IMG/VR virus record: IMGVR_UViG_3300027707_000027
Location: 1-49,690 of that record
DNA from: a virus
Lineage: Duplodnaviria > Caudoviricetes
Reading direction: 5' to 3' (one strand)
Length of the DNA: 49,690 nucleotides
Shown here: positions 10,001 through 16,620 of the stretch, one piece after another
Layout of the letters: every line of letters starts with the position of its first letter
Position numbering within the stretch: position 1 is the first letter of the stretch
Program-made: the position numbers and the translations under genes
The notes under the pieces: model-generated
What the model saw: the letters and a program-made list of their open reading frames with translations, nothing else
The model's database searches: none
What the model was told of the DNA's origin: nothing

Positions 10001-11540
10001 TGTCTGAAATTGCAGGCAGAGCAGAAGTAAGGGTGATTGTTCCAGTGTTTCCTGAAGCAAAGGTAATGGTGTTAATAGTGGCTGAAGCGTTTGCTGTAGT
10101 GATAGCCCAACGTAAAGAACCAGAGTCAGAGGTATCTGAAAGATTTGCAACAATGACAGATGTTGGAGCAGGGACAGTGATTGACGCAGCCGAGTTTGCC
10201 GTTAGTGAACCAATTGAGTTGGTCTTAGTTACGGCTACTCGTATTTGTTTTGCAACATCATCTGAACTAATTACATATGTTGAAGATGTTGCGCTAGATA
10301 TGTTTGCCCAAGTACACGAAGAAGGAGTACAGGATTGCCACTGATAGGTTGTCGCAGTTACAGCAGACCCACCGTCACCCCAAGTCCCATCAACTGCGGT
10401 CAGAGTTTCCCCATAGGCAACAGTTCCAGACATTGATGTTCCACCAGATGTTGTCGGAGCCGTAGACCCTGCAAGGAGAGTAAACGACTGGCTCACCGTG
10501 GCTGCTGCTACATATGAGTTATTGGAAGAACTATTCGTGGAGATGGTGCAGGTTCCTGTTTGACTAGCCAACACCGTCACTGTTGCGGTTGAAGTTCCAC
10601 TGCTATCGGTAGATGAGCCAACGGTGCACTTGCCTGTAGTGCTAGATGTAAACGTAACCGACAACCCAGAAGTGGCAGTGGCTGAGACAGTAAATGTCTG
10701 GTTTGATGAAGATGTAACTATGTCGGAAGGCTGAGCAAAAGTAATAGTGTTTGCGCTGGCTACAGATATTGCTGAGTCAATATACATTGTTGCACCGAGG
10801 GCTTGACCGCCAGTTGCATCATAGGAACCATTCACAAACCTGAATCTGTAATAACCAGTAGATGGGACTATGCCAGTAGAAGTGACCCATGATTGGTTTT
10901 GTCCACGTCCGTATGAAACCAAAGTTGAATTAGCACTAGAGCCGTAGTCGTACGTGTTTCCGCTTGCCGAAACTTTAACCAAGTATCCGTATGCTTCGTA
11001 GTCGTCGTAACCACCAGCGGCAGCCCAGTCAAAAGAAATTGATTGATTCGCTGTGGCGGGAAACGGCTCTGACCATATCTCTGGTCCAAACGCCGAACCG
11101 TATGTTGAATGGTTATTACAGGTATTGCTGTAAGAAATATAACCCTGAGAAACAAGTTTAATTACTCCATTACGCCCAGAATATGTTTGTCCTGTAGATG
11201 TGGTGTAAGACAGGCTCTGGTTGGGTGATTCTTGACCTTCGTAAAACTGCGCCGTTCCTGACGCGTAGTTCTTATCGGTTACATAGGAATACGAACTATT
11301 GGAGGTGGCATCGGTTCCGGTCATTGTGTACGGACCAATCCCCGCCCTGCTTAGAGCCGCACATTGGGTTCGGCTTGCCAATGAACCCAAAGTTACCTTT
11401 GCTGCCGCGGTTGACTCGAAGACTGGGGTCAATGCCTTAACTGGCGAAGAGAAGCCAAAAATCGATACCAGCAAAAGGAATACCGAAGGGACGGCCATCA
11501 CCAATGCGGGCTTGTTAACGCGGCGACGCCGTACGAACAT
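7095..11540 (-). CDS. Large membrane-anchored surface protein (signal peptide, Ig-like/beta-helix/FN3-like regions, Pro/Thr linker, acidic helical repeats, C-terminal TM pair)
   Basis: Basic and hydrophobic N-terminus ending PVKA; TYQWQSC Ig-like repeat; DSGSLRWAI start of a beta-helix; TTTTTTTT/PVV linker; repeated LDAVxxxVFDGP; two C-terminal hydrophobic helices. Confidence 0.8.
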   Translation of the reverse strand: MFVRRRRVNKPALVMAVPSVFLLLVSIFGFSSPVKALTPVFESTAAAKVTLGSLASRTQCAALSRAGIGPYTMTGTDATSNSSYSYVTDKNYASGTAQFYEGQESPNQSLSYTTSTGQTYSGRNGVIKLVSQGYISYSNTCNNHSTYGSAFGPEIWSEPFPATANQSISFDWAAAGGYDDYEAYGYLVKVSASGNTYDYGSSANSTLVSYGRGQNQSWVTSTGIVPSTGYYRFRFVNGSYDATGGQALGATMYIDSAISVASANTITFAQPSDIVTSSSNQTFTVSATATSGLSVTFTSSTTGKCTVGSSTDSSGTSTATVTVLASQTGTCTISTNSSSNNSYVAAATVSQSFTLLAGSTAPTTSGGTSMSGTVAYGETLTAVDGTWGDGGSAVTATTYQWQSCTPSSCTWANISSATSSTYVISSDDVAKQIRVAVTKTNSIGSLTANSAASITVPAPTSVIVANLSDTSDSGSLRWAITTANASATINTITFASGNTGTITLTSALPAISDNLTITGAGLTSTIIDGNNLYRPFNISSGKSLTISDMTLKKGQATNGGLVNNGAGTFSATDVRFTGMTAGSAVFNNGGGSVSTLTDTTFDYLYVGIAGDYGSTPSALSQTDSDYTNRTYVYDSVFSNNTYGISGERFFKINNTQFISNTQVGAELGGLNRQQVTNSTFTSNGIGVYFSSWIPTDWAVGAGNQTVSGNTFNGNTTAIQFANNWNTGSSMYNGVSANSFSTATGNTFGASTSNATTFSGSGYVESGNTITAAYLNAVTNLTAVANVDGSVDLDWDASAASNTAIYAYSVSFYDLTVIGGATSGGWGVWTNQGTNYSLSTGMFSGSNPVTTGYGPVRFGIKAGNQSCFSNQGVGSCVYGPEVTVDATVIDPTPVTTTTTTTTTVPVYVPPVVVIPPVDTGTTSTSVVPVVVTPPDGTTVPLPQYPEPETESTTVTLPVGTLPGIVLPTITVPVTTVIVPVTTVTVPTAFPNVIGLPSDFNKLPSNATSTQIGAVIEEVNFTEVTDKTFGKTVDAVFDNINKPEDVANVIGAFLEADVSSKQLDAVLDKVFDGPMTANETTKILEGLLDGPVTATQLETIMDKVFEDISDTKNTIAVLGALLDGPLSKQELGSVMEAVFSEEATVTQMSAVVGDLLNQKLDVKELDAVFEAAFDGDLSDKETIDLIVDVLAENLTSEALGSALGAVFDDEVSNEVLVETFTAVLGTELDKESVGVIVNVLESESISEAQVATVVTLIIEQEGGVDSEQATELATSPKVLESIDGEQAASVFNAIVVAEVSEEAGAAISEALTEAPTDVKESFEEEINVFAGVFDTYTAIGSSIDVGTRRSVIAVNLVTSTVALAAAAGGIPTPGPSAPSAPRQDVAARREEEETEEGGAIEGESPDWIKQISIYKYEDGVRVMDWKNFARKFVYGVMASGFTLAGATVMYFTLSGFTQKIALWGTLLAFTASMYLHMKEPDEG

Positions 11541-11607
11541 GGGGCCTCCTTAAAAGACCTCCAATTCTACCATTTAGAAATTATCTAGCTAATGAATTTT
11601 TGTAATG

Positions 11608-11613
11608 TAATAT
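11608..11613 (+). promoter_or_regulatory. -10 element TAATAT (leaderless promoter for the GPx-like gene)
   Basis: 6 nt upstream of the GTG at 11620, in an AT-rich divergent intergenic region. Confidence 0.55.
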
Positions 11614-11619
11614 GTTGGT

Positions 11620-12498
11620 GTGACGTACAACAAATTTGAAACAATTCTCCCAATGTCCATATACGACATAGCCCTACAGTCTGCCGATGGGAAAAATAGC
11701 GATGTTCTGTCAAGCAGAAAAGACAAGGTCACGCTTATATTCAATGTCGCTGCAGGATGTGGGAACATTCCACAACACTCAATTATTGAAGAGCTAAATC
11801 AAAAATACAAGAACGAAGATGACTTTGGGATAATTGCTGTGGTTGTCGATGACTTTACCTGCCACGGATACCCGGAATTCCAAGACGGGATTAAGAAGTA
11901 TATCGAAGTGAACAATCTGGAACTAACCCCAGGTCAGGTATCTCAGAAATATGCCGTTGACCACTTCGGTGTTACTTATGATTTTTCGGAGCTAACAAAC
12001 GGAAGATACGACAAGCACAGGTATGACCCAAGTTTTGTACCTGGTTTAGTAAAAGAACAGGAACAGCACACCCTCTGGCACTATTTGACCGAAGCTTATG
12101 GGGCCGAGGTGGGCGAAAATGGGGTTCCATATCACGACGAGGAAGTACCGTGGTCAGAAATAGAGCCAATTGATACCTGGAATAAAAAAACGTTTATACC
12201 GCTCAGGGGAAATTTTGAAAAGTTTTTAATTGATAGAACTGGGACAAAAGTTAAAAGATATGCAAACGGATTCTTGCTTGGAGAAAGAGACTATCTCGGT
12301 GCAACCTTTCCTTGGGTTGAAGAAAAATATCAAGAAAACGGCAAAAGGGATTGGAATCCAGTTAATACCAAAAAAGAAAATCAGGAACCAACCCCAAAGG
12401 ACCAGAAAACAAGCTGGCCCACAAAAGAACAGAGAATGGGTATGGATGTTTCGCTTAAATCAATTAGCGAAGACATAGATGAGTATTTAGGAAAATAG
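11620..12498 (+). CDS. Divergent glutathione peroxidase-like (thioredoxin fold) protein
   Basis: SIYDI...KVTLIFNVAAGCG (peroxidatic Cys position) and GNFEKFLIDR.G; FPCNQF is replaced by VVDDFTC. Confidence 0.75.
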   Translation: MTYNKFETILPMSIYDIALQSADGKNSDVLSSRKDKVTLIFNVAAGCGNIPQHSIIEELNQKYKNEDDFGIIAVVVDDFTCHGYPEFQDGIKKYIEVNNLELTPGQVSQKYAVDHFGVTYDFSELTNGRYDKHRYDPSFVPGLVKEQEQHTLWHYLTEAYGAEVGENGVPYHDEEVPWSEIEPIDTWNKKTFIPLRGNFEKFLIDRTGTKVKRYANGFLLGERDYLGATFPWVEEKYQENGKRDWNPVNTKKENQEPTPKDQKTSWPTKEQRMGMDVSLKSISEDIDEYLGK

Positions 12499-12500
12499 AT

Positions 12501-13079
12501 TTACTTATTATTTGAACAAAGTATTGCAAAGTGCCAGTGGTAATGACCAACGACAGGCCAGTTGATGCCATCGTTCAGCCAGTTTTTTCCTGAAGGGTCC
12601 TTTGGAATCTCGTCAAATATATCTTTTAGATTAGAGAAATCAAGAGTCTCTAAAAGTTTCCACGCCCTATCGTGGTGACAGTTCCAATGATGTGAGGCAC
12701 CATCCCACCACAGGTTCTCGCGGCCTGGTTGTGTATTTATGTCTTGATGTTCCATGGTTGACAAAACCATGTTCCATGGCTCTTGACCTTCGGCCCATCT
12801 TTTTATTGTTTTCAACACATCAGGGCCGCAAACCAAAAACGGAGCACCTGGTTTTGCAATTCTTTTCATGTCCTGCAAAAACGCCGGAACATCCGGCCAT
12901 GCTATGTGTTCTATTACATGGCCTAAAAAAACTGCATCGAAATAGTTGTCTTCGAATGGATAGGGCTGCCCTGGCTCCACCCTGATGTCTGGTTTTGTTG
13001 TTAAGCCGTCATCCCAGACATCTGTATTAACCCAACCCTCTGCATAATGTGTTCCGCACCCAGCATTAAGTAGTTTCAT
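12501..13079 (-). CDS. Class I SAM-dependent methyltransferase (type 11-like)
   Basis: LNAGCG, GWVNTD, PFEDNYFDAVFLGHVIEH and RIAKPGA motifs. Confidence 0.88.
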   Translation of the reverse strand: MKLLNAGCGTHYAEGWVNTDVWDDGLTTKPDIRVEPGQPYPFEDNYFDAVFLGHVIEHIAWPDVPAFLQDMKRIAKPGAPFLVCGPDVLKTIKRWAEGQEPWNMVLSTMEHQDINTQPGRENLWWDGASHHWNCHHDRAWKLLETLDFSNLKDIFDEIPKDPSGKNWLNDGINWPVVGHYHWHFAILCSNNK

Positions 13080-13081
13080 TT

Positions 13082-13888
13082 TTATACGTTACCACCTTCG
13101 ACCGGGAAGTACCAGCCCTGATTATGCCTAACTGCTTTTGGCATGTCTTTTCGATGATTAATTCCTGAATAGTGTGCAATAAGCGCCTTGCGTAGCAGTT
13201 TCGGATTGTTTGGCATTGAGCCTCGATGGAGCAACCTTCCGTGCCAAAAAAGAACGTCACCCCGCTCTGGTAGGTACGTCAAGACTGGAGCTTCGTTTTC
13301 TTTGATTACGTGTTCAAACATTGGAGTCAATATACGTTCGCTGTGTCTTGGCCATTTGAAATCTCGCTCTTCAGGTTCAAGGGCCGCAAGTATTTTTTCC
13401 TGAGTGACTGTTCGCCATTTATGGGAACCGGGAATAATCTGAAACGGTCCAGAGTCTGGATGTATTGTTTCAAGCGCAATCCAGATTGCAACGTAGTAAT
13501 CACCAACATGTGGTGGATTGAGGTATGTATCTTGATGCCAGTTTCTACTAGTGCTAGCCCATCCAGTTAGATTTAGGTGCACTCCTGCTGGTTCCCCTAT
13601 AAGTTCTTCCATTGTTTTATGGATTTCTTCATGCATGAGTATTTCCATCACCTCTGGATGTCGGCGGTATGGTGTGCAGTCAGGCCAACCTCCAGGGCGA
13701 ATCGGCAATAACTCACCATCGACAATTTCGGCGTTATTTTCAATCCAGCATTTCTCATACTCGGTCATAATTTCTTCTGAAAGTAAGCTTTTTTTAATTA
13801 AAAAACCATATTCGTTCCAATCCGCAGGACTTTCTTCGGGTGCCGGAATTGTTAATTCCTGATAAAGACTGTCTAGCTCGTTGTTCAT
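13082..13888 (-). CDS. Phytanoyl-CoA dioxygenase (PhyH) family Fe(II)/2OG oxygenase
   Basis: WHQD, WIALE...GPFQIIPGSH, GDVLFWHGRLLHRG...R motifs. Confidence 0.9.
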   Translation of the reverse strand: MNNELDSLYQELTIPAPEESPADWNEYGFLIKKSLLSEEIMTEYEKCWIENNAEIVDGELLPIRPGGWPDCTPYRRHPEVMEILMHEEIHKTMEELIGEPAGVHLNLTGWASTSRNWHQDTYLNPPHVGDYYVAIWIALETIHPDSGPFQIIPGSHKWRTVTQEKILAALEPEERDFKWPRHSERILTPMFEHVIKENEAPVLTYLPERGDVLFWHGRLLHRGSMPNNPKLLRKALIAHYSGINHRKDMPKAVRHNQGWYFPVEGGNV

Positions 13889-14979
13889 ATTCTCTCCAAA
13901 ATAAATCTAAACGTGGCATCCCAATCAAGGCCTCGTTCGTCCATTCCAAATTTTTTCATATTTTCTAAATTTTCTGCCACTTCCTCTATCCGTGTTATTT
14001 TTCTATTCAACTCATCAAGATGATAGACCCATTCATCTTGTGTTTTTGCAACTCGTCCAACTCCGTGTTCTGCTAAGTATTCGTATTCCGGAGAGTATGA
14101 AGACACAAATGGGATTCCCGCCGCTGCGTATTCAAGTCCCTTGATAAAGGATTTTGCATGATTGAAGGGTATGTCGTTCAATGGAACCATACCTATGTCT
14201 AAAGGTGCGAACAATTTTGGGTACGAAAGTATTGGAGTCATTTTTGACATTCGCGAAATATGGTCCGGTATTCCGAGTAGTCGATTTGCCCTAGGCGCAC
14301 CATTTTCCGTATGTCCGGAGTGATGGAATGACATTCTTCTTGAGAACAAGTAGTCGCTTATGAATGGACTCAACTGCTCCAGGTCATTTGACCTCCACGG
14401 GGTTGCCCCCACCCAGCCAAGTTTTAATCGATGGTTTGTTACAACGTTTTTAGGAGTCCATCTCTCAATGTCGATTCCGTTACGGACCATAAAAACATTG
14501 GGTCGTTTTTTGCCATAGTATTCAAACAGGAAAGGGGTTGAGGTTATTACTGCATCTGCAGACATTATTATTTGTGAATATATTTCCCTATTGCTATTTT
14601 CATTTTTCTTTGGGTCAGTTGTTTGATAGGCCTTGTTCGATGGGTCCAAACCTTCAAAGAAATCATCAACGTCAACAATTATTCGTTGACCCAATGCCTT
14701 TGCTTTTGGCATTGCTTCTAGAACTTCTTTTTGCATCAATAGCTTAAAAACGATTAGGTCAAACCCGTGGATGGATTTTCCGTCTTGCATTATTGAGCCA
14801 AAACCAAGCTTTTCATTAAACCCTGGAAAACCGATTGTTACGTGCCATCCATGCTTTATTAGCTCCCTTGCGGGTAGACAACACCTATACCAAGAACATC
14901 CATTTGGCTGAAGTGGCTCAGTTCCCCATGCCCAGTCGCTTGTTAGGAACCCGATTGAGGGTTTGCGCTTTTGGGACAT
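13885..14979 (-). CDS. GT-B fold glycosyltransferase (GT4-like)
   Basis: YRC..P, VDVDD, ADAVITSTPFL, RNGID, GWVGA and DIGMVPLNDIPFNHAKSFIKGLEYAAAGIPFVSS. Confidence 0.9.
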   Translation of the reverse strand: MSQKRKPSIGFLTSDWAWGTEPLQPNGCSWYRCCLPARELIKHGWHVTIGFPGFNEKLGFGSIMQDGKSIHGFDLIVFKLLMQKEVLEAMPKAKALGQRIIVDVDDFFEGLDPSNKAYQTTDPKKNENSNREIYSQIIMSADAVITSTPFLFEYYGKKRPNVFMVRNGIDIERWTPKNVVTNHRLKLGWVGATPWRSNDLEQLSPFISDYLFSRRMSFHHSGHTENGAPRANRLLGIPDHISRMSKMTPILSYPKLFAPLDIGMVPLNDIPFNHAKSFIKGLEYAAAGIPFVSSYSPEYEYLAEHGVGRVAKTQDEWVYHLDELNRKITRIEEVAENLENMKKFGMDERGLDWDATFRFILERI

Positions 14980-14985
14980 TGTGAG

Positions 14986-14991
14986 AATTTA
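14986..14991 (-). promoter_or_regulatory. Extended -10 TGC-TAAATT (leaderless promoter for the glycosyltransferase operon)
   Basis: TGn extension plus TANNNT, 6 nt before the ATG at 14979. Confidence 0.55.
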
Positions 14992-15052
14992 GCATACGGG
15001 TGATACTTGTTTGCGGTGGTATTATTGAGGTACCAACGAAATAGGAGAAATC

Positions 15053-15268
15053 ATGAACGCATCTTTTGTTAAGCAGGCAGCCGAGCAAGCAGTCAAGACA
15101 TTCGTTACAGCATTTTTGGGCGCATGGGTTGCAGCAGGTTCGGACTTTGACGCATTGACTGACTCAGCAAACTTGAAAATCGGTGTCACTGCCGTTGCAG
15201 CTTCGATAGCGATGAGCATGGGATTGAAGAAAGTCGGAGCAGACAAGAACTCTCCTTCAGCTCTTTAG
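15053..15268 (+). CDS. Holin (r1t-like/actinophage type)
   Basis: AAEQAVKTFVTAFLG N-terminus, two hydrophobic segments and a C-terminal SPSAL; good SD (AGGAG). Confidence 0.7.
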   Translation: MNASFVKQAAEQAVKTFVTAFLGAWVAAGSDFDALTDSANLKIGVTAVAASIAMSMGLKKVGADKNSPSAL

Positions 15269-15281
15269 CCGATACTGCCAT

Positions 15282-15299
15282 TGAGATAGCACTATCTCA
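15282..15299. promoter_or_regulatory. Perfect 8-bp inverted repeat TGAGATAG-ca-CTATCTCA next to a TACAAT -10 element
   Basis: Palindrome read directly from the sequence; TACAAT at 15302-15307 precedes the tail operon. Confidence 0.45.
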
Positions 15300-15335
15300 T
15301 CTACAATCTTCTAGGTAGTTGATTGGAGAAAACGC

Positions 15336-15734
15336 GTGTCAATGATTGCTGGAAAACATAACATAATTTGTCAAGCAGGTTCTACTTTCGACCTCGAAAT
15401 GACACTCCAATACCCAAACCCTGATTACCCGTTGGATTGTGTTGACCCAGAAGAATGCCCTGAGTATTTGGATTGGGACCTTACTGGATATACCGCCCGC
15501 ATGGAGGTCAGAAAATATGTTGACTCAGCGACAACGATTATCGTTCTTGAGACCGGAACGGAAAGATTAACCCTGGGTGGGGTTGATGGCACAATACAAC
15601 TGTTTATTAGAGCAGAAGACACAGCGGTTCTCTCAAGCTCTGGGGTCTATGACCTGGAAATCACTGCCCCCAATAACGAAGTAGACAGAATCATTGAAGG
15701 CACATTCACCGTTTCAAAAGAAGTAACAAAATGA
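15336..15734 (+). CDS. Virion/tail beta-sandwich protein (BppU/LtfC-like)
   Basis: QAGSTF...DLTGYTARMEVR...GVYDLEI...RIIEGTFTVSKEVT, a common phage tail-associated pattern. Confidence 0.7.
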   Translation: MSMIAGKHNIICQAGSTFDLEMTLQYPNPDYPLDCVDPEECPEYLDWDLTGYTARMEVRKYVDSATTIIVLETGTERLTLGGVDGTIQLFIRAEDTAVLSSSGVYDLEITAPNNEVDRIIEGTFTVSKEVTK

Positions 15735-16165
15735 GCAATGTTGTAAAAGTCGTAACAACCGCAGAATCCCCAAACAGGATTGTAATAACCGCAGCACGAG
15801 CACCAGGGGTTCAGCAGTTCCTGTATCAGGTTCAGGTTTTCACGGTTCCTGGTGTTTTGTCTACGGGTAGCGGAAGCGCCAGATTTTACATACCAGGTCC
15901 AATAACTTTGAGCAATATCAGGGCATCTGTCAGCTCCGCCCCAATTGGCTCGGACATAATTATTGACGTGAATAAAAATGGTACAACCGTGTTCACCAGT
16001 CAAAATAGTCGACCAAAGATATTCGTGGGAACAACCACATGCCCTACAGCAACCCCTGCTGTTACATCACTCATTGCTGGAGACTATTTATCTGTTGACA
16101 TAGACCAAATCGGTTCAATTTTTGCTGGTTCTTATCTGACAGTACAGATTGAACTCACGCCGTAA
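15731..16165 (+). CDS. Putative minor tail/virion protein
   Basis: APIGSDIIIDVNKNGTTVF...AGDYLSVDIDQIGS..AG..LTV; coupled within the structural operon. Confidence 0.65.
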   Translation: MSNVVKVVTTAESPNRIVITAARAPGVQQFLYQVQVFTVPGVLSTGSGSARFYIPGPITLSNIRASVSSAPIGSDIIIDVNKNGTTVFTSQNSRPKIFVGTTTCPTATPAVTSLIAGDYLSVDIDQIGSIFAGSYLTVQIELTP

Positions 16166-16232
16166 AAATACTTCCTGTGTTATTATTTACGATAGCCGGT
16201 AAATTCCGGAGCCTCGCGGAAAGAGTCACACT

Positions 16233-16601
16233 ATGACAATTGGTAATTACCTAGAAAACGAATGGCTTGACTCTCTCGATGGGTCTGGTTCAACTTATTC
16301 AGCATCAGCCACATTCCTCAAGCTTCATCTTGCCGACCCGGGCGAAAATGGAACAGGCAGTCCTGCCTCGAATACTTCACGCCAGGCTGTTGCCTTCAGT
16401 GCTGCCAGCTCTGGTTCAAAAGTTTCTTCCGCAACTGTTGTTTGGGTAAACGTTTCAGCAACCGAGACCTACAGCCATTGGTCAATGTGGGACAACTCAA
16501 CCGCCGGCAACTGCTTGTGGTACGGAGCGCTTTCCTCGAACGCCGCAGTTACTGCTGGCGACACATTTGAGATTACAGCACTCACACTAACCCTCGACTG
16601 A
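16233..16601 (+). CDS. Putative tail protein
   Basis: NYLEN..LD...LHLADPGE...RQAVAF...WDNSTAGNCL.YGAL...GDTF, typical of phage tail-associated proteins. Confidence 0.7.
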   Translation: MTIGNYLENEWLDSLDGSGSTYSASATFLKLHLADPGENGTGSPASNTSRQAVAFSAASSGSKVSSATVVWVNVSATETYSHWSMWDNSTAGNCLWYGALSSNAAVTAGDTFEITALTLTLD

Positions 16602-16620
16602 TTCTGGGGGGTGAACCCCT

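Noticed and set aside
7173-11553. Numerous + strand ORFs of 60-197 aa opposite the 1481-aa gene, and similar shadow ORFs across the tail genes
   Set aside because: These are antisense or alternative-frame shadows of long low-complexity genes, with no recognisable motifs or start signals.
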